This document shows, piece by piece, positions 1 to 11,250 of a stretch of 64,000 bases of DNA. A program made the translations under genes and the position numbers. The DNA is from Bryobacterales bacterium (GTDB lineage Bacteria > Acidobacteriota > Terriglobia > Bryobacterales > UBA6623), in the NCBI GenBank assembly GCA_028819575.1, contig JAPPLB010000123.1, positions 1,227 through 65,226 on the forward strand. The letters run 5' to 3'. Positions within the stretch are counted from its first letter, which is position 1; each line of letters begins with the position of its first letter. The notes beneath the pieces are model-generated. The model worked only from the letters and a program-made list of their open reading frames with translations. It did not search any database and was not told the DNA's origin.

Positions 1-1
1 G

Positions 2-454
2 GGTTCGGGTCGTAAGCCCTGGCGGCAAAAAGGGACAAGCCGCGCGCGCGTTGGATCGATTCGCACTCCGCTGTGGCGGTCCGGCGGCATCACGCACGGC
101 CCAAAGCCGCGCGATTACAGTTATCACCTTCCGAAAAAGATGCTGTTGGGCGCGTTGCGGGCGGCGCTCAGCGCGCGCCTGCAGGAAGGGGCGCTCAAGG
201 TCGTCAAGGAATTCGAGCTCTCCACGCATAAGACCAGGGACTTCCATGAAGTGCTCGACCGGCTTGATCTGGACTCTACGGTTCTCATCGTTGACAATGC
301 CGACAACCCGAACCTCGCGCTCTCCAGTCGCAACATTCCCCATGTGACGCTGTTGGAATCGCGTGAGGTCCATCCGTTCCATTTGCTGGGACATAAGAGC
401 GTGGTCTTCACCGAGTCGACGATCAAGCATTGCAGCGAGGTGTTGGCGTCATGA
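2..454 (+). CDS. rplD: 50S ribosomal protein L4 (5' truncated by window)
   Basis: Frame from base 2 reads GSGRKPWRQKGTSRARVGSIRTPLWRSGG..GPKPR, the L4 signature; stop overlaps the rplW ATG (ATGA). Confidence 0.97.
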   Translation, partial: GSGRKPWRQKGTSRARVGSIRTPLWRSGGITHGPKPRDYSYHLPKKMLLGALRAALSARLQEGALKVVKEFELSTHKTRDFHEVLDRLDLDSTVLIVDNADNPNLALSSRNIPHVTLLESREVHPFHLLGHKSVVFTESTIKHCSEVLAS

Positions 455-738
455 GCCCGTTCGAAGCGATCCGCAGCCCGATGATCACGGAAAAGTCGGA
501 GACGCGCAGGGCACTCGAGCAGACGCTCTGTTTTCGCGTGCATCCGAAGGCCACCAAGACGGACATCAAGAACGCCGTCGAGCAGATCTTCAAGGTGAAA
601 GTGGCCGGTGTGCGGACGGCCAACTACCTCGGCAAGGTGAAGCGGCGGGGGCAATCATCCGGCCGCCGATCGAGCTGGAAGAAAGCGTACGTGAAGCTGA
701 AAGAAGGCGAAAAGATGGTGGAGTACGCGCAGATCTAG
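451..738 (+). CDS. rplW: 50S ribosomal protein L23
   Basis: PMITEKS, ATKTDIKNAVEQIF, WKKAYVKL; ATG at 451 coupled to rplD stop. Confidence 0.96.
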   Translation: MSPFEAIRSPMITEKSETRRALEQTLCFRVHPKATKTDIKNAVEQIFKVKVAGVRTANYLGKVKRRGQSSGRRSSWKKAYVKLKEGEKMVEYAQI

Positions 739-779
739 TGCGCTGCTGACCCTCGGAGAGGACCAGGGCCGAGTCAACC

Positions 780-1616
780 ATGCCGATCAAGACCTATAGA
801 CCGACGACGAGTACGAGACGCTTCCAGACGACGCTGGTGCGTGACCAGATCACGCGCGATCGTCCCGAGAAGTCGCTGGTCGAGGGGAAATCAAAAAGCG
901 GCGGCCGCAACAACAAGGGACGGATCTGCTTCTGGAGTCGGGGTGGAGGTCACAAGCGGAAGTACCGGATCATCGACTTCAAGCGGGACAAGCACGGAAT
1001 TCCGGCCGTCGCCGCCGCCATCGAGTACGATCCGAACCGCTCGGCGAACGTGGTGCTGTTGCATTACAGCGATGGCGAGAAGAGATACATCCTTCAACCG
1101 ACCGGCCTGAAAGTCGGGATGACGATCATGTCTGGGCCTGACGCCGATATTCTCGTGGGCAACGCGCTGCCGCTCAAGAACATCCCGCCGGGTACGCTGG
1201 TGCACAACGTGGAGTTGCGACCGGGCAAGGGCGGCCAGATGGCGCGTGCGGCCGGCACGGAAATCCGGCTGATTTCGAAAGAGGGCGGCTACGCGCTGCT
1301 GAAGCTGCCTTCGGGGGAAACCCGGCGGGTGCCGACGGAATGCATTGCGACGGTCGGAACGGTCGGCAATGCGGACCACGGCAACGTCTCGTACGGCAAG
1401 GCCGGGAAGTCGCGCTGGTACGGCCGGCGCCCCGTGAACCGAGGAGTGACGATGAATCCCGTCGATCATCCGCACGGAGGTGGAGAGGGCCGTTCATCCG
1501 GCGGACGGCATCCGGTGACGCCTTGGGGCAAGCCGACTCGCGGGTTCAAGACGCGCACGAACAAGCGTAGCGACAAGTATATTCTCGTGCGCCGCGGACA
1601 GAAGAAACGATCGTAA
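780..1616 (+). CDS. rplB: 50S ribosomal protein L2
   Basis: IEYDPNRSA and [18 protein letters not shown] motifs. Confidence 0.99.
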   Translation: MPIKTYRPTTSTRRFQTTLVRDQITRDRPEKSLVEGKSKSGGRNNKGRICFWSRGGGHKRKYRIIDFKRDKHGIPAVAAAIEYDPNRSANVVLLHYSDGEKRYILQPTGLKVGMTIMSGPDADILVGNALPLKNIPPGTLVHNVELRPGKGGQMARAAGTEIRLISKEGGYALLKLPSGETRRVPTECIATVGTVGNADHGNVSYGKAGKSRWYGRRPVNRGVTMNPVDHPHGGGEGRSSGGRHPVTPWGKPTRGFKTRTNKRSDKYILVRRGQKKRS

Positions 1617-1635
1617 GTAGCGGAGAGTTCAGATC

Positions 1636-1917
1636 ATGGGTCGATCGCTTAAGAAAGGGCCGTTCTACGATGAGCACCTCAATCGCAAGATCGAGGCGTT
1701 GGGCGTCGGCGGGGCCAAGAAGGTCGTCAAGACCTGGTCGCGCCGCTCGACGATTCTGCCGGAGTGGGTGAGTCATACGATCGCGGTGCACAACGGGCGT
1801 AAGTTCATACCGGTGTTCATCACCGAGAACATGGTCGGACACAAGCTCGGTGAATTTGCGCCGACGCGGACGTTTCGCGGTCATGCCGGCGATAAGGGCG
1901 CCAAGAGCAGCAGATAG
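1636..1917 (+). CDS. rpsS: 30S ribosomal protein S19
   Basis: [31 protein letters not shown]. Confidence 0.99.
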   Translation: MGRSLKKGPFYDEHLNRKIEALGVGGAKKVVKTWSRRSTILPEWVSHTIAVHNGRKFIPVFITENMVGHKLGEFAPTRTFRGHAGDKGAKSSR

Positions 1918-1937
1918 CAGAACGGGTACGTTAGCTT

Positions 1938-2303
1938 ATGCAGGCGACGGCGAAGATGAACTACGCGCGGGTCTCACCGCAAAAGGCGCGCCTCGTCGTG
2001 GACCAGATCCGCGGTCGGAGTGTCGGTGAGGCGTTGACGATCCTGAGGATGACCAACAAGAGGGTCGCGCCGCAAATCGAAAAAGTGCTGCGCTCCGCGA
2101 TGGCGAATGCCGAGAACAACAACGAAGCCGATGTCGACGAGTTGTTCGTCAAGGAAGCGTATGTCAACGAAGGCCCGCGGCTGAAGCGCTTGCGGCCGGC
2201 CCCGATGGGACGGGCCCACCGTTATGTGCACCACCTTTCGCATATCATCGTGGTCGTCTCCGACGGGCAGGAGGAAGAGGTCGAGGAGCCGCAGGAAGAG
2301 TAG
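1938..2303 (+). CDS. rplV: 50S ribosomal protein L22
   Basis: SPQKARLVVDQIRG, SAMANAENN; operon position. Confidence 0.98.
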   Translation: MQATAKMNYARVSPQKARLVVDQIRGRSVGEALTILRMTNKRVAPQIEKVLRSAMANAENNNEADVDELFVKEAYVNEGPRLKRLRPAPMGRAHRYVHHLSHIIVVVSDGQEEEVEEPQEE

Positions 2304-2329
2304 CTCCCGGCAAGTAGAGCAGACACGCT

Positions 2330-3265
2330 ATGGGCCAAAAAGTACATCCTTACGGGTTCCGGTTGGGCTATACCAAGACCTGGAATTCCCGCTGGTTTGC
2401 CAAGCAGGGCTATGTCGATCTCCTCAAGGAGGATCTGCGTCTCAAGACCACGCTGCGAACGCGCTTGAAGGCGGCCGGCATCAGTTCGGTCGAGATCGAC
2501 CGGCCCGGCAACAAATTGCGGATCACGATCCGTACCGCGCGCCCGGGCATCGTCATCGGACGGCGCGGCTCGGAAATCGAAAAACTCAAGTCCGAAATCC
2601 AGGAACGGACGCAGCGCGAAGTCTACATCGACATTCAGGAAGTGCACCGCCCGGAGGTGGACGCCCAATTGGTGTCGGAGTCGGTCGCCCTGCAGATCGA
2701 GAAACGCGTTGCGTTTCGGCGGGCGATGCGCAAAGCCGTCGACTCGGCGCTGCGATTCGGATGCAGGGGGATCAAGATCTGGGTGGCGGGCCGTCTGAAC
2801 GGTCACGAAATCGCACGGACGGAATGGTATCTGCAAGGGCGGTTGCCTCTGCAAACGTTGCGGGCCGATATCGATTACGGCTTCAGTGAAGCGCACACGA
2901 CGTACGGGGTAATCGGCGTCAAGTGTTGGATGTACCGTGGCGAGATTATCGACACTCGGGCGCAGTCGCTGGCCGCCAGCGGCATGAAGGGCGAACTCGA
3001 GCCGGCCCGGCGCCGCGAAGCGCGCTCCGCCGCCGAGCGCGAGCGTGAGAGGATTCGCGCTTCGCGCACGGTCGATCGCACCCAGCAGGAATCCGTGCCC
3101 GCTCCGCCGCCGCCTGCTCCCGTGGAAGGCGCGACGGCTCCCGTCAAGCCGCCCTTGATCGGTGATCCCGCTGCCGAAGAGCCGGCAAAAGAAGACGTCA
3201 CTGAAGCCGCGGCCACTGAAGCCGGCCCCGAACCGGATGCCGAAGACAAGCTTTCAGAAACCTGA
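2330..3265 (+). CDS. rpsC: 30S ribosomal protein S3 with low-complexity C-terminal extension
   Basis: [32 protein letters not shown]. Confidence 0.98.
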   Translation: MGQKVHPYGFRLGYTKTWNSRWFAKQGYVDLLKEDLRLKTTLRTRLKAAGISSVEIDRPGNKLRITIRTARPGIVIGRRGSEIEKLKSEIQERTQREVYIDIQEVHRPEVDAQLVSESVALQIEKRVAFRRAMRKAVDSALRFGCRGIKIWVAGRLNGHEIARTEWYLQGRLPLQTLRADIDYGFSEAHTTYGVIGVKCWMYRGEIIDTRAQSLAASGMKGELEPARRREARSAAERERERIRASRTVDRTQQESVPAPPPPAPVEGATAPVKPPLIGDPAAEEPAKEDVTEAAATEAGPEPDAEDKLSET

Positions 3266-3296
3266 TTGCACGTAGCCGGATAAGAGGACAAACGCC

Positions 3297-3719
3297 ATGT
3301 TGATGCCAAAGAAAGTGAAGCACCGCAAGGTCCAGCGCGGCAAGCGCCGCGGCAAGGCTTGGCGCGGCTCGTCGCTTTCCTTCGGCGACTACGGCCTCAA
3401 GGTCGAAAAGGCGGGCTGGATCACGGACCGGCAGATCGAAGCGGCGCGTGTCGCCATGATGCGGCACATCAAGCGCGGCGGCAAGTTGTGGATTCGGATT
3501 TTTCCGGACAAGCCCATCACGAAGAAACCCGCCGAAACCCGAATGGGCAAAGGCAAAGGCGCGCCGGAGCAGTGGGTAGCGGTGGTTCGGCCGGGGCGGA
3601 TGCTGTTCGAGATGGAAGGAGTGCCGGAGGACTTGGCGCAGCGCGCGATGCAGCTCGCTTCGCAGAAGCTTCCGCTGCCGACCCGCTTCGTGAGCCGTAG
3701 TTCGGGAGCGTTGGTATGA
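3297..3719 (+). CDS. rplP: 50S ribosomal protein L16
   Basis: [33 protein letters not shown]. Confidence 0.99.
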   Translation: MLMPKKVKHRKVQRGKRRGKAWRGSSLSFGDYGLKVEKAGWITDRQIEAARVAMMRHIKRGGKLWIRIFPDKPITKKPAETRMGKGKGAPEQWVAVVRPGRMLFEMEGVPEDLAQRAMQLASQKLPLPTRFVSRSSGALV

Positions 3720-3922
3720 GGGCGGAAGAGATCCGCGAGCTGGACCTCGAAGAGCTGGCCGCGAAAGAGAACGAGATGCGCGAACAAATGTTCCGACTGC
3801 GCTTTCAGTTGGGAATGGGGCAGACCGACGGACTCAAGAAGTACCGCGCGCTCCGCAAGGACTTGGCGCGGCTGCTGACCGTTCGTCAGGAGAAGGCTCT
3901 CGCGGCCGAGCAAGGAACCTAG
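3716..3922 (+). CDS. rpmC: 50S ribosomal protein L29
   Basis: [15 protein letters not shown]; size and position. Confidence 0.96.
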   Translation: MRAEEIRELDLEELAAKENEMREQMFRLRFQLGMGQTDGLKKYRALRKDLARLLTVRQEKALAAEQGT

Positions 3923-3924
3923 CC

Positions 3925-4194
3925 ATGGCGGAATCGACGGAAACCAAGGGACCCAAGAACCAGAAGATCGGTATTGTTGTCCAGTCCAGCATGCCCAAGA
4001 CGGCCGTTGTTGAGGTCAGTCGGCGGGTTCCCCATCCGTTGTACCGGCGTGTCGTGACTCGCAAGAAGAAGTTCTACGCCCACGACGAAAACGGCGAAGC
4101 ACGGCCGGGGGATCGCGTCCGGATCGTGGAATCCCGCCCGCTCAGCAAGCTCAAACGCTGGCGGTTGGAAGAAGTTCTTTGGAGGGCGAGCTAA
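3925..4194 (+). CDS. rpsQ: 30S ribosomal protein S17
   Basis: HPLY, AHDE, GDRVRIVESRPLSKLKRW. Confidence 0.98.
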   Translation: MAESTETKGPKNQKIGIVVQSSMPKTAVVEVSRRVPHPLYRRVVTRKKKFYAHDENGEARPGDRVRIVESRPLSKLKRWRLEEVLWRAS

Positions 4195-4227
4195 GCGGCT
4201 CGAGGCGCAGTCAAGGAGCAGATCGAC

Positions 4228-4596
4228 ATGATCGGCATGCAGACGAAGTTGGAGGTCGCCGACAATTCCGGCGCGCGGCGACTGCGCTGCATTGGCCCGC
4301 GTGGTGGCTCCACGGGACCGAAGGCCGGCCTGGGCGATATCGTCATGGCCTCGGTGCAGGAAGCAGCCCCGGAGTCGAATGTGAAGAAAGGCTCGGTCGT
4401 CCGTGCGGTCGTCGTAAGAATGCGCAAGGAATCGCGTCGTAAAGATGGCACTTACATTCGCTTCGACACGAACGCGGCGGTGCTGGTGAATGAATTGGGG
4501 GAGCCGGTTGGTACGCGCGTTTTCGGGCCCGTGGCTCGCGAATTGCGTGAGAAGCGATTCATGAAGATTGTCTCGCTGGCGCCGGAAGTGCTGTAA
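4228..4596 (+). CDS. rplN: 50S ribosomal protein L14
   Basis: [31 protein letters not shown]. Confidence 0.99.
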   Translation: MIGMQTKLEVADNSGARRLRCIGPRGGSTGPKAGLGDIVMASVQEAAPESNVKKGSVVRAVVVRMRKESRRKDGTYIRFDTNAAVLVNELGEPVGTRVFGPVARELREKRFMKIVSLAPEVL

Positions 4597-4625
4597 GGCG
4601 GAGATCAAGCTCGGAACAGACGAAC

Positions 4626-4973
4626 ATGCGAGGCGTACATCAGGAACGGGTCAAGACGAAGATCCGCAAGAACGACGTGGTCCAGGTGATCGCGGGAAAA
4701 GACAAGGGCAAGCAGGGCCGTGTCCTTCAAGTGGACCGGCGGCGAGGGCGGATTCTTGTCGAAGATGTGCAGAAGATCAAAGAACACGTCAAGCCGAACC
4801 CGCAACGGCAGATCAAGGGCGGAGTGGCGGAGCGAGAGTCGATGCTTCACATTTCGAACGTGATGATCATTACCGCTGATGGCAGGCCGACGCGGATCGC
4901 AACGCATATCGACGACGACGGTGTCCGCATGCGCGTGGATGTGCGCGAGGGCGCTCCGTTGGAGAAGAAGTAA
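4626..4973 (+). CDS. rplX: 50S ribosomal protein L24
   Basis: KOW motif DVVQVIAGKDKGKQG; HISNVM. Confidence 0.97.
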   Translation: MRGVHQERVKTKIRKNDVVQVIAGKDKGKQGRVLQVDRRRGRILVEDVQKIKEHVKPNPQRQIKGGVAERESMLHISNVMIITADGRPTRIATHIDDDGVRMRVDVREGAPLEKK

Positions 4974-4976
4974 GAG

Positions 4977-5624
4977 ATGGCGAAAGCAAAGAAAGACCCT
5001 GCTCCGGCTCGGAAAGCGAAAGGGTCGGACGGCGGCAAGAATCGCCGCGCGAAAGCCGAAGTCGGTCCGCCGCGCGAGATTCCGCCGCCGCGGCTCAAGC
5101 TTCACTACCGCGGCCAGGTGGCCGCCGCCTTGCAGCAAGAGTTCGGGTATGCGAGCTCGATGGCCGTTCCGCGGATCGCAATGATCAAGATCAACATGGG
5201 CATGGGGGAAGCCACTCAGAACGTTCGTGTCCTTGATGCGGCAGTCGCCGAACTGGGTGCGATTGCCGGGCAAAAGCCGATCATCACCAAGGCTCGCAAG
5301 TCGATCGCTGCCTTCAAGGTGCGGGAAGGTATGCCGATCGGCGTGGCCGTGACGTTGCGTGGTGACCGCATGTATGAGTTCCTGGACCGCTTGATCAGCA
5401 TCGGGCTGCCACGCGTGAGGGATTTCCGCGGCATATCGACAAAGGCTTTTGACGGCCGCGGCAATTATACGCTGGGACTCAAGGAGCACGTAGTCTTCCC
5501 GGAAATCGACTATGCCAAGGCCGACGGCATGAAAGGCATGAACATTACGATCGTGACGACGGCCAGGACAGATCCGGAATCGCTCTCGCTGTTGCGTCAC
5601 ATGGGTATGCCTTTCAGCAACTAA
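4977..5624 (+). CDS. rplE: 50S ribosomal protein L5 with N-terminal extension
   Basis: [33 protein letters not shown]. Confidence 0.98.
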   Translation: MAKAKKDPAPARKAKGSDGGKNRRAKAEVGPPREIPPPRLKLHYRGQVAAALQQEFGYASSMAVPRIAMIKINMGMGEATQNVRVLDAAVAELGAIAGQKPIITKARKSIAAFKVREGMPIGVAVTLRGDRMYEFLDRLISIGLPRVRDFRGISTKAFDGRGNYTLGLKEHVVFPEIDYAKADGMKGMNITIVTTARTDPESLSLLRHMGMPFSN

Positions 5625-5645
5625 GGGGAAAACGAGGAAAACACT

Positions 5646-5831
5646 ATGGCGACCACGGCAAAAATCGCCAAGGATTTGAAGAAGCCCAAGTACGAAGGAC
5701 GCCGCCGCAATCGCTGTTGGCGTTGCGGACGCCCTCGCGGCTTCATCCGCAAGTTCGGACTTTGTCGTATCTGCTTCCGCGAGTTGGCGCTGCGCGGCGA
5801 TCTGCCAGGCGTGGTGAAGAGCAGTTGGTGA
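5646..5831 (+). CDS. rpsZ: 30S ribosomal protein S14 type Z (zinc-binding)
   Basis: 61 aa with CxxC..CxxC ([17 protein letters not shown]). Confidence 0.97.
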   Translation: MATTAKIAKDLKKPKYEGRRRNRCWRCGRPRGFIRKFGLCRICFRELALRGDLPGVVKSSW

Positions 5832-5849
5832 AGTAGCAGGAGTGATTCG

Positions 5850-6245
5850 ATGCAGATAGATCCCGTATCCGACATGCTGACCCGCATCCGCAACGCGATG
5901 GCCGCACGCCACTCCAAGGTCGAGATCCCGGCGTCCAAACTCAAGATCGAGATCGTGCGGATCCTGAAAGAAGAAGGCTATATCGCCAACTACCGCATCG
6001 CCGAGGAAGGCAGCAAAACGACAATCAAGGCATATCTCAAGTACGGTTCCGATACGCGCCCCGTGATCAGCAGGATCGAGCGCGTGTCAAAACCGGGCCG
6101 GCGTGTTTTCGTCGGCTCGAAAGAAGTGCCGCGCGTAATCGGAGGCATGGGCGTGAATATCCTGAGCACCTCCTCCGGCGTGATGACCGGAGCACAGGCT
6201 CGAAAGAAGGGAGTAGGCGGAGAAATCGTCTGCAGCATCTATTAG
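5850..6245 (+). CDS. rpsH: 30S ribosomal protein S8
   Basis: DPVSDMLTRIRNA, RVSKPGRR, GGEI. Confidence 0.99.
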   Translation: MQIDPVSDMLTRIRNAMAARHSKVEIPASKLKIEIVRILKEEGYIANYRIAEEGSKTTIKAYLKYGSDTRPVISRIERVSKPGRRVFVGSKEVPRVIGGMGVNILSTSSGVMTGAQARKKGVGGEIVCSIY

Positions 6246-6251
6246 GCGCTT

Positions 6252-6794
6252 ATGTCGCGAGTAGGTCTCAAACCGATCAGCGTGCCCTCTGAGGCAACGG
6301 TCGAAATCCACCCCGGACGGCTCGATGTCAAAGGTCCGAAGGGAAAGCTCTCCTGTCCCATCCCCGAGGGCATCGAGTTCGACTTCAGCGATGGGGTGCT
6401 TACCGCCAAGCGCGGACGTGACTCTCACGCCGCTTTACACGGGCTGACACGCAGCCTGGCGCAGAATGCCATTACCGGTGTCACGGCGGGGTTTACCAAA
6501 AAACTGGAGATCGTCGGCATCGGATACCGCGCGCAGGTCACGGGGCGTGTCGTGATTTTCAGCCTGGGCTACTCACACACGATCGAGTTTCTGATGCCCG
6601 AGGGAATCGACATCAAGGTTGAAAACCAGACAAAGATCACCGTGACCGGTAGTGACCGGCAGTTGGTGGGCCAGACGGCGGCGAACATTCGAGCTCTACG
6701 TCCGCCTGAACCGTACAAGAACAAAGGGATTCGCTACGAAGGAGAAGTCCTGCGGAAGAAGGAAGGAAAAGCCGGCGTGACGGCGTCCGCCTAG
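6252..6794 (+). CDS. rplF: 50S ribosomal protein L6
   Basis: [24 protein letters not shown]. Confidence 0.99.
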   Translation: MSRVGLKPISVPSEATVEIHPGRLDVKGPKGKLSCPIPEGIEFDFSDGVLTAKRGRDSHAALHGLTRSLAQNAITGVTAGFTKKLEIVGIGYRAQVTGRVVIFSLGYSHTIEFLMPEGIDIKVENQTKITVTGSDRQLVGQTAANIRALRPPEPYKNKGIRYEGEVLRKKEGKAGVTASA

Positions 6795-6806
6795 TGAGCA
6801 TCAACG

Positions 6807-7169
6807 ATGTATAGTCCCAAACCTCGATCCCGGAGCCGCGTGCAGGTCCACAAGCGGATCCGCAAGAACCTGCGCGGCACGATCGATCGGCCGCGCTTGG
6901 CGGTATTCCGATCGCTCCGGCATATCTACACCCAGGTCATCGACGATTCGACCGGAAGGACTCTTGTGGCGGCAAGCTCGGTGGAGAGAGACGGACCGGT
7001 TCAAAAGGGTGGCACGGTCGATGCGGCGACCGAGATCGGCAAGTTGATTGCCCAGAGAGCCTCCAAGGCCGGCATCAGGCAGGTCGTTTTCGATCGTGGC
7101 GGGCATCGTTTCCACGGACGGGTGAAGGCCCTTGCCGAAGCAGCTCGGGAAGCGGGGTTGGAATTCTAA
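6807..7169 (+). CDS. rplR: 50S ribosomal protein L18
   Basis: [29 protein letters not shown]. Confidence 0.98.
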   Translation: MYSPKPRSRSRVQVHKRIRKNLRGTIDRPRLAVFRSLRHIYTQVIDDSTGRTLVAASSVERDGPVQKGGTVDAATEIGKLIAQRASKAGIRQVVFDRGGHRFHGRVKALAEAAREAGLEF

Positions 7170-7217
7170 CGAGGCGGCGTCCCCGGACGTTCCCTCGGGA
7201 AAGCATTTGCTGAGCAT

Positions 7218-7739
7218 ATGAAAGCTGAACTCACTCGACGGCGGCTTCTCGAAGCGGACACGCAAGAGTTGAATTTGAAGGACCAGGTTGTCTCGATCAA
7301 TCGTGTCACCAAGGTGGTGAAGGGCGGCAAGAATCTCAGTTTCGCCGCGCTCGTCGTGGTCGGCGATCCGGAAAAGCATATTGTCGGTTTCGCCAAGGGC
7401 AAGGCGAAAGAAGTTCCTTCCGCGATTCGAAAGGCGATCGAGAAGGCCAAGAAGAACCTAGTGAAGGTGCATACGTTGGAGCATACGATTCCACATCAGG
7501 TCGTGGGACGGTTCGGCGCGGGTCAGGTCTTGTTGAAGCCCGCCCGCGAGGGCAAGGGCACTATCGCCGGCGGAGCGGTGAGGGCGGTGATGGAAGCGGC
7601 CGGAATCCAGAACGTGTTGACGAAATCGATCGGCACGAAGAATCCTCATAACGTCGTCAAGGCGACCTTCGCGGCGCTGCTGCAGTTGAGGGACGAGCGG
7701 GAAATGGCCGCCCTGCGTGGTTTGGACCTGAGCGCGTAG
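7218..7739 (+). CDS. rpsE: 30S ribosomal protein S5
   Basis: [25 protein letters not shown]. Confidence 0.98.
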   Translation: MKAELTRRRLLEADTQELNLKDQVVSINRVTKVVKGGKNLSFAALVVVGDPEKHIVGFAKGKAKEVPSAIRKAIEKAKKNLVKVHTLEHTIPHQVVGRFGAGQVLLKPAREGKGTIAGGAVRAVMEAAGIQNVLTKSIGTKNPHNVVKATFAALLQLRDEREMAALRGLDLSA

Positions 7740-7751
7740 CGGGAAGGAACG

Positions 7752-7940
7752 ATGTCGAGAGTGCTGAAGATTCGCTTGATCCGGAGCCCGATCGCCATTC
7801 CGGGCAAGCTGAAGAAAGTGGTGAAGGGCTTGGGACTGCGGCGCATCGATCAGACGGTCAAGCGTCCCGACAACGAAGCGACGTGGGGTATGGTGCGCAA
7901 GATCCCGCACATGGTCGAGGTGACGAATGAATCTGAGTAG
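7752..7940 (+). CDS. rpmD: 50S ribosomal protein L30
   Basis: [22 protein letters not shown]; size and position. Confidence 0.95.
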   Translation: MSRVLKIRLIRSPIAIPGKLKKVVKGLGLRRIDQTVKRPDNEATWGMVRKIPHMVEVTNESE

Positions 7941-8370
7941 TCTTCATCCCCCGGCCGGCCAGACCCAGAAGCGTAAACGTATCGGGAGAGGTCCGGGATC
8001 GGGTTTTGGCAAAACGTCGGGTCGCGGCGAAAAAGGTCAGAAATCGCGTAGCGGCTACAAACGCAAGCGCGGGTTCGAGGGCGGCCAGATGCCGCTGATC
8101 CGGCGTGTTCCCAAGCGCGGATTTCACAACCGCTTCCGTAAGGAACATGCGATCGTCAACCTCGCGCGCCTCGAAAAGCTCGAGGGAGACGCATTCACAC
8201 CGGACAGTCTCGTCGAAAAGGGCGTCATCAAGTCTCTCAAAGACGGACTCAAGATTCTGGGAAACGGCGAGATCGGCCGTGCCATATCCGTTTCCGCTCA
8301 TCGATTCACGGCCTCGGCTCGCGAAAAGATCGAGGCCGCTGGCGGCAAGGCGACCGTCATCGAGAAGTAA
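7927..8370 (+). CDS. rplO: 50S ribosomal protein L15
   Basis: [26 protein letters not shown]. Confidence 0.99.
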   Translation: MNLSSLHPPAGQTQKRKRIGRGPGSGFGKTSGRGEKGQKSRSGYKRKRGFEGGQMPLIRRVPKRGFHNRFRKEHAIVNLARLEKLEGDAFTPDSLVEKGVIKSLKDGLKILGNGEIGRAISVSAHRFTASAREKIEAAGGKATVIEK

Positions 8371-8373
8371 TTC

Positions 8374-9762
8374 ATGAAGTTCGCCGAAGCCGTCGTCAAC
8401 GTCTTTAAGATCCCCGATCTGCGCAAGAGGATTCTCTTTACGCTGAGTCTGCTGGCGGTTTATCGCATCGGCGGCCATATTCCCACTCCGGGCGTCAATA
8501 CGGAAGAGCTGCAGCGTATGTTCGAGGCGGCGGCCGGCACGGCGCTGGGCCTGATGAACATGTTCTCGGGCGGCCAGCTCGAGCAGTTGACGATCTTCGC
8601 CTTGGGCATCATGCCCTACATCACGGCGTCGATCATCCTGCAATTGATGACCGTCGTCATCCCCACGCTCGAGAAACTGCAGAAGGAAGGCGAACTCGGT
8701 CGGCGTAAGATCACCCAATGGACGCGCTATCTGACGATCGGTCTGAGTATTGTGCAGTCTGCGGGCATCGCGTTCGGGTTGCAGCGCAGCGAGAATCTGG
8801 TCTACGAGCCCGGGCTCGGCTTTGTCGTGATGACGATCACTACCCTTACCACCGGGACGGCTTTCATCATGTGGCTGGGCGAGCAGATCACAGAGCGGGG
8901 GATCGGCAACGGCATGTCGCTGATCATCTTCGCGGGCATCGTCGTCGGGTTGCCGAGCGCGCTTCAGAACATCTACGAGAACGTGTTCGTCACGCAGCAG
9001 TGGAACATGTTTCAGTTGTTCCTCATCCTGGGATTCATGGTGGTGATCCTGGCCTTCATCGTGCTGGTCGAGCGCGGTGAGCGGCGGATTCCGGTGCAGT
9101 ACGCGCGGAGAATCGTCGGCCGCAGGATGATGGGGGGGCAATCCACGCATCTGCCGCTGAAGGTCAACTCCGGCGGTGTGATCCCGGTGATCTTCGCCTC
9201 GTCGATTCTGGCGTTCCCGCAGACCTTGGGTCTGGTCGTGCAAGACAGCCCGTATCTGACGCAGCTCCTCGAGCCCATCTCCTATGGCGAGCCGCTCTAC
9301 GAGCTGCTGTACGTGCTGGGCATCGTATTCTTCTGTTTCTTCTATGTCTCGATCATCTTCAACCCGACCGAAGTCGCCGACAACATGCGCAAGTACGGCG
9401 GGTTTGTGCCGGGTATCCGCTCCGGGAAACCGACTGCGGACCACATCAATGAAATCCTGACCAAGATCACCATGGTGGGCGGGCTGTACCTTGCGCTCAT
9501 TTCCGTGATCCCCGACCTTTTGATCGCAGGAGCGAGGGTTCACCACCTGCCGTTCATCGGGAATTGGGCGGATGCGACTTTTCCGCGCTGGGTTCTCGAC
9601 GGCTTGAACGTGAACTTCTATTTCGGCGGCACCTCGCTTCTGATTGTGATTGGAGTTGCGATGGACACGATCAATCAAATCGAAGCACAACTCATCATGC
9701 GCCACTATGAAGGATTTACGCCTCGTGCGGGGAGGATCCGGGGAAGGCGCTCGTTTGGCTAG
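8374..9762 (+). CDS. secY: Preprotein translocase subunit SecY
   Basis: IFALGIMPYITASII, WLGEQITERGIGNG, FGGTSLLI; multiple hydrophobic segments. Confidence 0.99.
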   Translation: MKFAEAVVNVFKIPDLRKRILFTLSLLAVYRIGGHIPTPGVNTEELQRMFEAAAGTALGLMNMFSGGQLEQLTIFALGIMPYITASIILQLMTVVIPTLEKLQKEGELGRRKITQWTRYLTIGLSIVQSAGIAFGLQRSENLVYEPGLGFVVMTITTLTTGTAFIMWLGEQITERGIGNGMSLIIFAGIVVGLPSALQNIYENVFVTQQWNMFQLFLILGFMVVILAFIVLVERGERRIPVQYARRIVGRRMMGGQSTHLPLKVNSGGVIPVIFASSILAFPQTLGLVVQDSPYLTQLLEPISYGEPLYELLYVLGIVFFCFFYVSIIFNPTEVADNMRKYGGFVPGIRSGKPTADHINEILTKITMVGGLYLALISVIPDLLIAGARVHHLPFIGNWADATFPRWVLDGLNVNFYFGGTSLLIVIGVAMDTINQIEAQLIMRHYEGFTPRAGRIRGRRSFG

Positions 9763-9764
9763 CC

Positions 9765-10487
9765 GTGACGACAGCGAGGGTGTCCGTGACGATCAGTCCC
9801 CCCGTGAAGGAAGCCGTCAGGGCAATTATCCTGTTCGGTTCGCCCGGCGCAGGCAAAGGGACGCAAGCACGAAAGATCACCTCGCGTTACCGGATTCCGC
9901 AGATCTCGACTGGGGACATCATCCGCGAGGAAGTCGGTTCGGGTTCGAGCCTGGGGAAGAAGGTGGAGGCGATACTGGCCGCCGGGCGGTTGGTGGATGA
10001 CGAAACGGTGAATCAGTTGGTGGAGGCCCGGCTGGACAGCAAGGATTGCCGTAAGGGGTTCTTGTTGGATGGCTATCCGCGGACAATCTGCCAGGCGCGC
10101 GCGCTGCAGGGCATTCTGGATCGCATGCCTTGCCGGCTCGTGATCATCGAAGTTCAAGTCGGTTACAATGAGACCGTTAGACGAATCACGGGCCGACGGC
10201 TCTGCGCACAATGTGGAGCCATCTATAACATCTATTCGCACCCGCCGAAAGTTGCCGACGTTTGTGATGGATGCGGTCACCGTCCGCTTAGTATCCGATC
10301 GGACGACAGACCGGAAGTTGTCAAGAAACGCTTCCACCTGTATCAGGAAGGGACCGTGCCGGTATACGAAGTGTTTCGGTCCGCCGGCGAGAAGATTCAT
10401 CAGGTGGACGGGACGCAACCGGAGCAGGTTGTGTGCGCGCAGATCTTTGAGATTTTGGAAGCAGAAGGGTCGAATGATCATCCGTAA
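9765..10487 (+). CDS. adk: Adenylate kinase (Zn-binding LID)
   Basis: GSPGAGKGTQ P-loop, GFLLDGYPRT, CxxC..CxxC lid; exact GTG start uncertain. Confidence 0.96.
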   Translation: MTTARVSVTISPPVKEAVRAIILFGSPGAGKGTQARKITSRYRIPQISTGDIIREEVGSGSSLGKKVEAILAAGRLVDDETVNQLVEARLDSKDCRKGFLLDGYPRTICQARALQGILDRMPCRLVIIEVQVGYNETVRRITGRRLCAQCGAIYNIYSHPPKVADVCDGCGHRPLSIRSDDRPEVVKKRFHLYQEGTVPVYEVFRSAGEKIHQVDGTQPEQVVCAQIFEILEAEGSNDHP

Positions 10488-11244
10488 GAGCCCGTCTGAG
10501 CTGGCGAAAATGCGGCAGAGCGGCATGCTCGTATGGCGGATTCTGGATGAATTGACCAAGCTCGTCGAGCCGGGTGTCACCACCCTGGATCTGGAGACCG
10601 TGGCCGAGCAGCGCATCAAGGAGGCGGGTGCCCGGGCGGCGTTCAAAGGCTACTATGTGCCGGCCGCGGGCCGGCGGTTTCCGTGTGTGCTGTGCACTTC
10701 GATCAATCAAGAGGTGGTGCACGGGGTTCCCTCGGCGAAGCGCGTTCTTTGTGACGGCGACATCGTGAAAGTCGACATCGGAGTTCAGTTGGATGGATAT
10801 TATGGCGACTCGGCCACGACGATTCCGGTCGGAGAGGTGGCTGAGGAGACGCTGCGCTTGATGGCTGTGACGAAGCAATCCCTGGAATTGGCCATTGAGC
10901 AGATGGTGGCCGGACGGCGACTGTTCGACGTTTGCGGAACGGTCGAGAGGCACGTGACGAGCAATGGATTCACGGTGGTGCGTGAGTTCGTGGGTCATGG
11001 CATCGGCAAGAAGCTTCACGAGGAGCCGCACGTGCCCAACTACGTGGACCCCAAGTTGAGCAATCCCCGTCTGCGCGAGGGGATGGTCCTGGCCGTCGAG
11101 CCGATGGTGAGTGCCGGCAAACCCGACACCAAGGTGCTTTCGGACCGCTGGACGGCGGTGACTTCGGATGGCTCGAAAGCCGCCCACTATGAGCATTGCG
11201 TTGCAGTGACATCCAACGGCCCGTGGGTGTTGACGAGGCCTTAG
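10474..11244 (+). CDS. map: Type I methionine aminopeptidase
   Basis: MIIRKS start, VVHGVP, GDSATT, GHGIG..LHEEP, AHYEH. Confidence 0.97.
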   Translation: MIIRKSPSELAKMRQSGMLVWRILDELTKLVEPGVTTLDLETVAEQRIKEAGARAAFKGYYVPAAGRRFPCVLCTSINQEVVHGVPSAKRVLCDGDIVKVDIGVQLDGYYGDSATTIPVGEVAEETLRLMAVTKQSLELAIEQMVAGRRLFDVCGTVERHVTSNGFTVVREFVGHGIGKKLHEEPHVPNYVDPKLSNPRLREGMVLAVEPMVSAGKPDTKVLSDRWTAVTSDGSKAAHYEHCVAVTSNGPWVLTRP

Positions 11245-11250
11245 CCGGGA

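Noticed and set aside
4605-9705. Long antisense ORFs (4605-5912, 7858-9705) and similar ones at 27429-28733, 30722-32467, 39612-40850 and 62623-63828
   Set aside because: Shadow ORFs opposite well-supported genes; expected from GC-rich codon bias, with no recognisable motifs.
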